Assembly (NCBI GenBank): GCA_963752285.1
Contig: CAVVXN010000004.1
Location: forward strand, 32,001 to 96,000
Origin: an uncultured Planctomycetota bacterium
GTDB lineage: Bacteria > Planctomycetota > PLA2 > JAEUHO01
Direction of reading: 5' to 3'
DNA: 64,000 nt
The notes below the pieces were generated by a model. It made no database searches and had not been told where the DNA came from. It saw only the letters and a program-made list of their open reading frames with translations. Made by a program: the position numbers and the translations under genes. Within the stretch, counting starts at the first letter, position 1. Every line of letters begins with the position of its first letter. Below, in pieces: positions 18,125-27,628 of the stretch.

Positions 18125-18934
18125 CTATCCCCCCTGGATCACGAGACGCCGGCGGAAGCGCGCGAGGAGCGCGCGGCCTGCACCGACGAGGAGGAGCGTC
18201 CATACGAGCTGGTGGACCACGACCGGAAGCGCGCCCGCGGGCGGGATGTGGCCGAGGTAGAGGCGGAACGGAGCGTCCATGAGCCCCCGGAAGGGCAGCA
18301 CCGCGAGGACCGGCTGCGCCCAGTCGGGGAACAGCGGCAACGGAAGGATCATCCCCGAGAAGATCCACAGGAGCCCGGTCAGGAGCGACACGGCGCCCCG
18401 CCCCGAGACCGTCCGCACGACCACGATCGTGGCGATGGTCGAGAAGGCGGCCGAGAGCAGCACCGCGCAGCAGAGCGCACCCGCGAACGCGACGAGCGAG
18501 GCGGGCGAGGCCGGCGGGCCGAGACCGAAGAAGAGATACGCGAGGGCCAGGAGCGGGATCGCCCGTAGCAAGGTCGGTGCGACGCGCGCGGCGACTTCGC
18601 GCGCGTACCACAGTCCGTACAGGTCCACCGGCTTCAAGAGCTCGTAGGCGACGTTCCCCGTGCGCCCCATCTGGACGAGGTCGGGCTCCGGGCGCCAGAG
18701 GATGAGCATGAGCAGCGCCTGCCCGAGCCAGACGTAGCTCACGACGTCGGGCAGCGCCATCGGCGCGGCCGCGCCGGCCGCCGCGCCCGCCGGCGCCGAC
18801 CGGTAGAACGCCGTGAAGATCATCACGCGGATGAAGCCCCAGAACACCTGCGTCACCAGTCCGGCAAGCGCGGCGACGCGGTACTGGAGCAGCGCCTGGA
18901 AACGCACGCTGAACACCGCGAGGTACGGCGTCAC
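18125..18934 (-). CDS. ABC-2-type transporter permease
   Basis: LQYR, GNVAYELLKPVD, SGMILPLPLFP, ends VIQGG. Confidence 0.88.
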   Translation of the reverse strand: MTPYLAVFSVRFQALLQYRVAALAGLVTQVFWGFIRVMIFTAFYRSAPAGAAAGAAAPMALPDVVSYVWLGQALLMLILWRPEPDLVQMGRTGNVAYELLKPVDLYGLWYAREVAARVAPTLLRAIPLLALAYLFFGLGPPASPASLVAFAGALCCAVLLSAAFSTIATIVVVRTVSGRGAVSLLTGLLWIFSGMILPLPLFPDWAQPVLAVLPFRGLMDAPFRLYLGHIPPAGALPVVVHQLVWTLLLVGAGRALLARFRRRLVIQGG

Positions 18935-19917
18935 GGTCGCGCCTCCTCCGCATAGAGCCGGGCCACGATCTCCTCGATGGGGGGGTTCTCGACGAAGAGG
19001 TCCAGGACCTCGTGCCGCGCGGCCACGCGCGCGATGAGCTCGGCCGGCGAGACGCGTCTCGGGTCGAAGGCCAGGGTCAGGCGGTGCCCGGCGCGTTCCA
19101 CGACGCGCACGCCCGGCTCGTCCACCTCGGCCGTGGGGTCGCGGAGGTCCACGAGGAGGCGCCGCTCCGACGAGACCCGCTCCCGCAGCGCCGCGAGGGG
19201 GCCGTCGGAGAAGATCCGTCCCTTCGAGATCACCAGCACGCGGTTCGCGAGGGCCTCGACGTCGTCGAGGTCGTGCGTGGTGAGGATGACCGTCACCGCG
19301 CGCTCGCGGTTCAGCGTGAGCACGAAGTCGCGAACGGCGAGCTTCGCCGCGGCGTCGAGCCCGATCGTCGGTTCGTCGAGGAAGACGATCCCGGGTTCGT
19401 GGAGGAGGGAGGCTGCCAGATCGCACCGCATGCGTTCACCGAGCGAGAGCTGGCGTACCGGCACGGAGAGGAGCCGGCCGATCCCCAGCACTTCGACCAG
19501 CTCGTCTTGCGTGCGGCGGTGGCGTTCTGCGGGGACGCGGTAGAGCCGCCCGAGCATCTCGAACGAGTCCAGGACCGGCAGGTCCCACCAGAGCTGCGTC
19601 CGCTGGCCGAAGACCACGCCGATCTGCGCCACGTGCGCCCGCCGCTGGCGCCACGGGACGCGGCCGAGCACCTCCACACGTCCCCTGTCGGGGAGGAGGA
19701 TGCCCCCGAGGATCTTGATCGTGGTGGACTTGCCCGCGCCGTTCGGGCCGATGTACCCCACGAGCTCGCCCGTCTCGATCGAGAAGGAGACGCCGTCGAG
19801 CGCGTGGACCTCGCGGTTCCGGCGCCGGACCAGGCCGGCGATCGCGCCGGCGATCCCGGGCGTACGCTCCGCGACCCGGAAGGTCTTGACCAGGTCCTCC
19901 ACGACGATCTGCGGCAC
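18931..19917 (-). CDS. ABC transporter ATP-binding protein
   Basis: Walker A GPNGAGKST, LSLGE signature, FLDEPT Walker B, H-loop. Confidence 0.95.
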   Translation of the reverse strand: MPQIVVEDLVKTFRVAERTPGIAGAIAGLVRRRNREVHALDGVSFSIETGELVGYIGPNGAGKSTTIKILGGILLPDRGRVEVLGRVPWRQRRAHVAQIGVVFGQRTQLWWDLPVLDSFEMLGRLYRVPAERHRRTQDELVEVLGIGRLLSVPVRQLSLGERMRCDLAASLLHEPGIVFLDEPTIGLDAAAKLAVRDFVLTLNRERAVTVILTTHDLDDVEALANRVLVISKGRIFSDGPLAALRERVSSERRLLVDLRDPTAEVDEPGVRVVERAGHRLTLAFDPRRVSPAELIARVAARHEVLDLFVENPPIEEIVARLYAEEARP

Positions 19918-19971
19918 GGTCGGCTCCCCCCGGGGGGCGCGGATTCTACGACCGCGGCCGATCGCGAGGGG

Positions 19972-20562
19972 CTACTCCCAGACCTCCGTCGCGTCCACGA
20001 AGCGCAGCCACGCGCTCTTGAGCAGTCGCCGCGCGGTGCGTCGCTCGAGACCCGCGACCGTGCTCGCCGTCGCGTGGACGAGCGCGACGAAGCCCGGTCG
20101 TGGCGCCTCGATGCGGATCCCGGGTCGTGTCGCGCGCGCCGCGCGGAGGATGCGCCGAACCATCCCCGGGAGCTTCCACTCGGGTGCGAGCAGTGCACGG
20201 TACTCCTGCGGCGTCACGAGCGCGGCGCACCAGTCCGTCCCGACTTCGCCCGGGACCTGGATCTCCGAGAGGTCCGACGCCGTGCCCCGCCAACCGGTCA
20301 CGACGCCCCCGTCGGCGCAGGCGGGACACTCCCACTGCACCTGCTCGTTCGTGGCCGAGAGGATCTCCACGTAGCCCGGGCACGGGCGGTTCTTCGGGCG
20401 GCGGCGGCAGGCGAGCGCGGTGGTGCGCGGCTCGAGCGCCCTCCAGGACGCGCTCGCGCACTCCGCGATCGACGTGAACGTCTCCCAGAGGATCTCGGCG
20501 CTCCGCGGCAGCGACGCGACGTGCCCGCGCGGATCGTGGCTGAGGTCGATGACGTAGATCAC
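19972..20562 (-). CDS. Hypothetical protein with putative Zn-binding Cys cluster
   Basis: CRRRPKNRPCPG...WECPAC.DGGVVTGWRG; start chosen at GTG 20562 (uncertain). Confidence 0.6.
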   Translation of the reverse strand: MIYVIDLSHDPRGHVASLPRSAEILWETFTSIAECASASWRALEPRTTALACRRRPKNRPCPGYVEILSATNEQVQWECPACADGGVVTGWRGTASDLSEIQVPGEVGTDWCAALVTPQEYRALLAPEWKLPGMVRRILRAARATRPGIRIEAPRPGFVALVHATASTVAGLERRTARRLLKSAWLRFVDATEVWE

Positions 20563-20707
20563 GCGCGCCAGGATAGCCAGGTCCGTCGCGCCCACCGAGG
20601 CCGGCCGCATGCCCGCCCGGTCCGTTCGGCCCGCCCCGCGGTCCGCGACGCCCCGCGTGCCGCCAACGCGTCCTCGCCCGTCGCCTCTGCGTGGTTCGCG
20701 GCCCCCG

Positions 20708-21283
20708 CTACCCCTGCGGGGCGGGCCGCGCGCCACGGAGCCGACGGACCTCGACCGCTGGCCGGCCCCGTTCGACCCTCAGGATCGCCACGCTGCCGAG
20801 GTCGTCCTCGCCCTCGGCGTCGGAGGGGAGCGTCGGGCTCCCGGGGTTGAACACCACGACCCCGTCGATGCTCGTCCGCATCGCGCGGTGGGTGCCGCCG
20901 AAGGCCATGGCGTGGACGGGTCCGCCGAACCGACTCGCGAGGACGTCCTCGAACGCGTTCCCGAGCAGGTCGAGCCCCGAGTCCGTGACCGCGATCTTCG
21001 TCCCTGGCTTGGTCGCGTCGAACGTGAGCCCGATCCGAACCGGGCCCGCCTCGAGCACCATGGGCTCGCCCCGCTTCGGCGTGAGCACCGGGGCGATCTC
21101 GCGGAGCCGGTCGAGCACGCCCTTCTGTCCCACGTCGCCGAGGTGCACGAGGAGCCCGCACCCGCGGAAGGCCTCGCGCGCCGCGTCGGGCAGGTCGCTT
21201 CCGTCGGGACGCCGGCAGTGCGTGTCGGCCAGGAAGCCGATCCGCCGCGCGTCGGTCGTCTCGATCGATACGGACTTCGCCAT
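20708..21283 (-). CDS. YfcE-like metallophosphoesterase
   Basis: ADTH, HLGD, GGTH, FNPGSP motifs. Confidence 0.75.
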   Translation of the reverse strand: MAKSVSIETTDARRIGFLADTHCRRPDGSDLPDAAREAFRGCGLLVHLGDVGQKGVLDRLREIAPVLTPKRGEPMVLEAGPVRIGLTFDATKPGTKIAVTDSGLDLLGNAFEDVLASRFGGPVHAMAFGGTHRAMRTSIDGVVVFNPGSPTLPSDAEGEDDLGSVAILRVERGRPAVEVRRLRGARPAPQG

Positions 21284-21367
21284 GGAGGGTGCGTGTAGCA
21301 CGCGCGTCCTCGGCAGACAACGCCCCGACGTCGATCCGGCAGGGCCTCCGCGCACCCGCCCGCGGGG

Positions 21368-21553
21368 CGGGCCCCAGGCGCACGCCGGACACCCTGCGGT
21401 CCGAACGCGAGGCTCCCGTCCCTCGGTGCGTGCACTTGTCGCGCCACGTGCTCGCGTCCCGACGCACGATTCGCAAAGAGGCCGGGCCCGGCCCCCCTAC
21501 GGCATGGGTGTGCTGTCGCACACCCGAGCCTACCCCCCAACCCGGTCGCTGGG
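21368..21553. repeat. 186-bp direct repeat, copy 1 (tRNA-linked)
   Basis: Near-identical to 21814-21999 (offset 446); contains hairpin GGGTGTGC-TGTC-GCACACCC. Confidence 0.9.
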
Positions 21554-21602
21554 GCGCCTCTTCATGAGGTCGCCTGCTGAGAACGGGAGGGCAACGTGAA
21601 AA

Positions 21603-21628
21603 TGGTCGGGGCGACTGGATTCGAACCA
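21603..21628 (-). repeat. Duplicated 3' 26 nt of tRNA-Pro (T-arm + acceptor 3' strand + CCA)
   Basis: TGGTCGGGGCGACTGGATTCGAACCA on + strand, identical to 22047-22072. Confidence 0.9.
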
Positions 21629-21813
21629 ACGGCCCACCCGCCGCTTCGCGTCGGGCGTGCCGTTGGGAACCAGCGACGCCGCCACTTCAGGGGGGCCTTG
21701 ACGGCCCGACCTACGCGCGACTCGCGCGGTCCGGCGCACGCCTGGAACCCGATGCCTGCGTTGCTCGTCGTCCACGACCCCTTCGGGGTCGCCTCCTCCT
21801 CGCGCCTTGGCCT

Positions 21814-21999
21814 CGGGCCCCAGGCGCACGCCGGACACCCTGCGGTCCGAACGCGAGGCTCCCGTCCCTCGGTGCGTGCGCGTGTCGCGTCGCGTGCTCG
21901 CGTCCCGACGCACGATTCGCACGCAGGCCGGGCCCGGCCCCCCTACGGCATGGGTGTGCTGTCGCACACCCGAGCCTACCCCCCAACCCGGTCGCTGGG
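21814..21999. repeat. 186-bp direct repeat, copy 2 (tRNA-linked)
   Basis: Near-identical to 21368-21553. Confidence 0.9.
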
Positions 22000-22046
22000 T
22001 GCTTCTCCGTGCGGTCGCGTCGTGCCAACGGGCGGGAGACGAGAGT

Positions 22047-22124
22047 TGGTCGGGGCGACTGGATTCGAACCAGCGACCTCCTGAACCCCATTCAGGCGCG
22101 CTACCAAATCTGCGCCACGCCCCG
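22047..22124 (-). tRNA. tRNA-Pro (GGG)
   Basis: CGGGGCGTGGCGCAGATTTGGTAGCGCGCCTGAATGGGGTTCAGGAGGTCGCTGGTTCGAATCCAGTCGCCCCGACCA; full cloverleaf, GGG anticodon, encoded CCA. Confidence 0.97.
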
Positions 22125-22297
22125 ACGCAGGGGGGAGAGCATACGCGGGCGGGCCAGGGGGAGAGCCGTTTGGATCGACCGGGGGGTGGACGGCGGCGCG
22201 TGCGCGTTCGCGCCCGGGCTTGCCTCCGGGGCGGGGCCCCACGTACCCTCGTCCGCGCGCCAGAGACCAGCGGTGCGGCAGGCCTGGGAGGCGACGA

Positions 22298-23668
<1,371 letters not shown>

Positions 23669-23868
23669 GCGACCGCCACGCCGCGCGCGTCCGCGTATCC
23701 CTCGCGACACGTCGTTCCTGATCGCGCCCGGCGCTACCCGTTCGCCACGCGCGCGGCGCCTCGGACGCGGTGAGCCGCCGGCGATCGACGAAGCGTGTCC
23801 CTCGCACGGGCCGATTCTGCGCCGCCTCGAGAACGCGCGTCTCCCGGAGGGAACGCCGCGTCACCTTC

Positions 23869-23883
23869 GGGCACGTCCGCTGC
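23869..23883 (+). promoter_or_regulatory. Candidate sigma-54 -24/-12 promoter
   Basis: GGGCACG-TCCG-CTGC about 60 nt upstream of the HEAT-repeat gene. Confidence 0.45.
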
Positions 23884-23943
23884 GAGAGCAAGCGTCGAAC
23901 GCCGCGGATCGGCCACGCCGCGCGCGAAGAAGGAGATCCTGCC

Positions 23944-26043
23944 ATGCGCGTCCCGTTCCTCTCGTCGTCGATCGCGTGCGTCCTCGCGTCGCTCTTCCTC
24001 TCGCTCGGCGCCGCCGAGGCGTTCGCGCACGGCGGTCAGTTCCGCGGACCCGGCGACGGGGTCCCACCGAACCTCAGGGCGCCCACGGACCCGACGCCGC
24101 CTCCGCCGCCGACCCCGAGCGGCGGGCCGACGCCGACAAGCGGTCCCTCGCCCACGCCCGTCACGCCGCCGACGGGGCCGACCGCTCCGACCACCACGCC
24201 CCCCGTCGGGACGCCGAGCCTGCCCTCGACTCCGGGGCGACGCACGACCCCCGTCACGCCCGACGACTGGCGCTTCTGGTACCACCAGAACAAGGATCAG
24301 CTCGAGAACCTGAAGCGCGCCATCTACGGGCTCCACGCGAGCGGCGGGGGGATCTTCCAGCACGGCGGAGAGGCCCCCACGAACCAGGATGCCGCGACGC
24401 GCCTCACGCAGCGGAAGGTGGTCGAGATGATCGTCCCGACGCTGCTCTGGGCGATGGATCCCACGCACGGCCTCGACGACGACACGCGCTCCGGCGCCTA
24501 CCTCGCGCTCGCGAAGGTGACGCGGGACGTCGCGCACGTGGACCTGATCGCGGCGGCGATCGATCGGGAGAAGAAGCAGCCCGTGCTGGTGAGCGGCTCC
24601 GCGGCGCTGGCCCTGGGGATGCTCCGCCGCGAGCGCCCCGAGGACCAGCTCCCCGCGAAGGACGTCGATCGCGCACGCGAGATCCTGTTCCAAAGCTTCG
24701 AGGACGACGAGCAGCCGACCCGCGTGCGGGCCTTCGCAGCCGCGGCGATCGGCCTGCTCGGCGACCAGCCGACGGGATCGGGCGCCTACGCGGGCGACCG
24801 TGCGGCGGCGGCGCACGCGACCACGAAACACCTCTTCGACCTCCTCGATCGCCCGTGGCCCGACGCCGACCTGTCGATCTCGCTGGCTCTCGCCGTCGGC
24901 CTCCAGCCGCCCGCCTCCCTGGACGCTTCCGAGCTCGACGTCCTCACGCGGATCGCGGTGCTCGGGCGGCTGTCGAGCCGCCGCCTCGGCGAGCTCGAGC
25001 GTGCGTACGCCGCCCTGGCCCTCGGTCGGATCGGCACGTCCGCCCAGATCCCCGTGCTCTCGAACCTGGTGGTCGCGCGCCGCGGCGTGAGCGACTCCGT
25101 GCGGCGGAGTGCGACGATCGGCCTCGGGCTCCTCGCGCGGCACACGGACGGGTCGGGGCGCGTCGAGCTCGCGAGGACCCTCGTCCACGCGATCGATCGG
25201 ACCCGCGACCCGACCACCCGCGACTTCGCGCTGATCAGCCTGGCGCACGTGCTCGTCGCCGAGGTCGGTGCGGGATCGACCGACGTTCTCGAGGGCACGA
25301 AGGCCACGGAGACCCTGCTCGCGCGCTCCGACCGGCGCGCGTCCATCGAACAGCCCTTCGCGTCGCTCGCGTTGGGCCTGGTCGCCGGGGCGGTGCCGGA
25401 CGAGCTCGAGGTAGACGCCTGGCAGGCCCTCCGTGAGCGCACGGTCCAGTCGCTCCGACTCGGTCTCGCCGACCGGAGCCGCGGTCCCCGGGCCCGCGCA
25501 GCCTGCGCCACCGCGCTCGGCATCGCGCGGGACCGGGGCAGCGTGAAGACGCTCGTCGAGGTGCTCGGTGGACGCGACGACGACCCCGAGCTCCGCGCGT
25601 ACGCGGGGCTCGCGATCGGGCTGATCGGCGTTCCGGCCAACGAGGCCGTACGGGCGCTCGGCGAGGCCGTACGCGAGCGGTCGTCCGAGGTGCTGCGCCG
25701 TGAGTGCGCGGTCGGGCTCGGGCTGCTCGGGAACCCCGCGATCCCCGGCACGAATCAAAACGCGCTCGACCTGCTCCTCCACGAGCTCGAGAACGCGCGG
25801 ACCGAGGCGCACAAGGCCGAGGTCGTGACCGCGATCGCGCGCATCGGCGACCACCGCGCCGTGGACCGCCTCGTGGCGCTCCTTCGAGACCCGCACGAGC
25901 AGGACGCGACGCGTGCGATGGCCTGCGTGGGGCTGGGGCAGATCGGGGACCTCGAGTGGATCCCGTCGCTGGCCCGCCTCACCAAGGACCACAACTACCG
26001 CGCGTCCACCGACTTCGTACGGGAGCTGATGAGCGTCCTCTGA
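23944..26043 (+). CDS. Secreted HEAT-repeat protein with Pro/Thr-rich linker
   Basis: Signal peptide then HGGQFRGPGD; PT-rich stretch; repeated AALALG/AAIGLLG HEAT-like units; AAGGAG RBS. Confidence 0.8.
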   Translation: MRVPFLSSSIACVLASLFLSLGAAEAFAHGGQFRGPGDGVPPNLRAPTDPTPPPPPTPSGGPTPTSGPSPTPVTPPTGPTAPTTTPPVGTPSLPSTPGRRTTPVTPDDWRFWYHQNKDQLENLKRAIYGLHASGGGIFQHGGEAPTNQDAATRLTQRKVVEMIVPTLLWAMDPTHGLDDDTRSGAYLALAKVTRDVAHVDLIAAAIDREKKQPVLVSGSAALALGMLRRERPEDQLPAKDVDRAREILFQSFEDDEQPTRVRAFAAAAIGLLGDQPTGSGAYAGDRAAAAHATTKHLFDLLDRPWPDADLSISLALAVGLQPPASLDASELDVLTRIAVLGRLSSRRLGELERAYAALALGRIGTSAQIPVLSNLVVARRGVSDSVRRSATIGLGLLARHTDGSGRVELARTLVHAIDRTRDPTTRDFALISLAHVLVAEVGAGSTDVLEGTKATETLLARSDRRASIEQPFASLALGLVAGAVPDELEVDAWQALRERTVQSLRLGLADRSRGPRARAACATALGIARDRGSVKTLVEVLGGRDDDPELRAYAGLAIGLIGVPANEAVRALGEAVRERSSEVLRRECAVGLGLLGNPAIPGTNQNALDLLLHELENARTEAHKAEVVTAIARIGDHRAVDRLVALLRDPHEQDATRAMACVGLGQIGDLEWIPSLARLTKDHNYRASTDFVRELMSVL

Positions 26044-26358
26044 CGGCGCCCCGACCGCCGTCACCGACCCCGTTCGTCCGGTCTCAAGGGAGAATGCGTG
26101 GAAACCTCGTAGACGGGGGACGGGAACCGGAGTTCCCGAACTCCTCCAGACCGTTCCCACCGCCGAAGTGCCGGTGACCACACGACTTGCGGCGACTCTC
26201 CACCGACTCTCCACCCTGAGGGCGGGAATGCGGGTTCCCGACCCCCGGTCGTACGCATTGTGGAGCCGCGGGCCGAAGGCCCCGTCCGGACGCCGCAAGT
26301 CCTTGCCGCCCAACGCCCGCATCCCCGCCCGTGGGTTCTCGTCGGCGTGGAGACTGAC

Positions 26359-26373
26359 TGGCCCGGCGCTTGC
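26359..26373 (+). promoter_or_regulatory. Sigma-54 -24/-12 promoter of the putative large ncRNA
   Basis: TGGCCCG-GCGC-TTGC matches TGGCACG-N4-TTGC with exact spacing; predicts a TSS near 26385. Confidence 0.65.
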
Positions 26374-26385
26374 CTTCCCTCTCTC

Positions 26386-27550
26386 GCCCCCAATGAGGGG
26401 CAGACGCTCTGTGAAAGACAAGCACTGACGAACGGACGACGTGTTCAGTCGAGCACCGAGGGACGGTGGCGCCGGGTCGCGAGCCTAGGAACCGCGACTG
26501 CATCACCGCCGAGGGGGCAAAGAGCGCAGTCGGGATCGCCTGTCAAGCGATCGCCTGCGCGAGGCGAAGCCATGAGCCCGCCCCCCGGCGTGATGAACGG
26601 AGCGCCACGACGGTCGAAAGGTGCGAAATCCCAGGAGAGCCGGCAGCCCGGAAACGGGCCAGGCCGACCCATCCGATCCGCAAAGCCCTGAGGTCCAAGC
26701 AGGTAGGGACGTCACCCTGCCCGAGGGCGAGAGGGCCGGCCCCGCGACTACAAGCGGGCGCCCGGACGGATGGGGGGAACGCTCTGGAGGGACGAAGCCC
26801 AGGAAGGCATCGTCGGTCGGGCGGCTTCGGCCGTCCGACGACAGCACGGACTCGCCGCGGGAAGGAAGCCTTGAAGGCGACCGCGCGTTCCTCGGTCTCC
26901 CCCGGGAGACCTGGAGCCGCGGGAACGTCAGGAGGGCAGGGGCCCCGAGAGGGGTACCGACCGTGGGCGAGGGGAAAGCCTTGGAGGGCGAAGCCCGAGG
27001 ACGCTCCGGCGCTTCGGCGCCGGGAGGATCGGTGGTTTCAGGCCGCGAGGGGGGTAGCCAAACCCCGGACGCGGCACGCGGCGGCGGGGGGACCCGCCGT
27101 CATCCCCAGCGGATCCGCCGGTCCGGCATGTGTCGTAGGGCAAGAGAAGCTCAGGAGAGGCAGCACTGCGTGACAGGTTCCGCGCCGGCTTCGGCCGGCG
27201 GGCGGGGACGACGCGGTGCGGGGCTCGGAGGGCACGTCTCTGAAGGGGCGCGAAAGCGCAAGGAGGGCCTCCGGCGACCTCGGTCACCGGATGGCCGCGA
27301 GGATGAACTCCCCGATGGGCGTCGAAACGCCGTACGGGGTGGGCGGAACCCATGACCGCCCGTGGCCTCGCGGTCCGCGTCCTCGGAGCGCCACGAAACC
27401 CCACGAGAGGCAGCCGAGGCAACGTGTTCACGAGGCGCTCGGCAACCTTCCCAGCCCTCACTCCTCTGGAGGGCCCGATCGACGCTCGAATGCGAACTCC
27501 CTCGTCAGGCTTTGTTGAGCCCGGGGTGTGGGCAACCACGCCCCGGGCTC
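26386..27550 (+). ncRNA. Putative large (~1.17 kb) highly structured non-coding RNA, family not recognised
   Basis: No credible ORF; 5'/3' long-range helix; three cUUCGg and several GNRA hairpins; recurring GAAxCxCAGGAGAG and AAGCyyTGrAGG motifs; bounded by a sigma-54 promoter and a terminal hairpin. Confidence 0.7.
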
Positions 27551-27560
27551 TCTCCATTTC
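27517..27560 (+). terminator. Terminal 15-bp hairpin, probable intrinsic terminator
   Basis: GAGCCCGGGGTGTGG-GCAA-CCACGCCCCGGGCTC followed by TCTCCATTTC. Confidence 0.6.
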
Positions 27561-27628
27561 CAGGGCGCGGACCGCCGGTGTGGACCGCGCGTCGCACGTC
27601 TCTGGGGCCGCCCACGGGCCGGCCCCGG

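Noticed and set aside
21603..22072. Prophage or genomic island bounded by tRNA att sites
   Set aside because: The repeats are only 444 bp apart, with no integrase or cargo between them.
26061..27518. Short ORFs called in the intergenic region (e.g. 26466..27173, 26621..27355)
   Set aside because: No motifs, Arg/Gly/Pro-rich composition typical of spurious GC-rich frames, and several overlapping frames with none favoured.
26386..27550. RNase P RNA, tmRNA, rRNA fragment or group II intron as the identity of the structured region
   Set aside because: By eye I found no GAGGAAAGUCC P4 motif, no tRNA-like ends or tag ORF, no rRNA signature and no domain V/VI with GUGCG/AY ends; no host gene is interrupted and no RT is encoded. 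An Rfam search is still needed.
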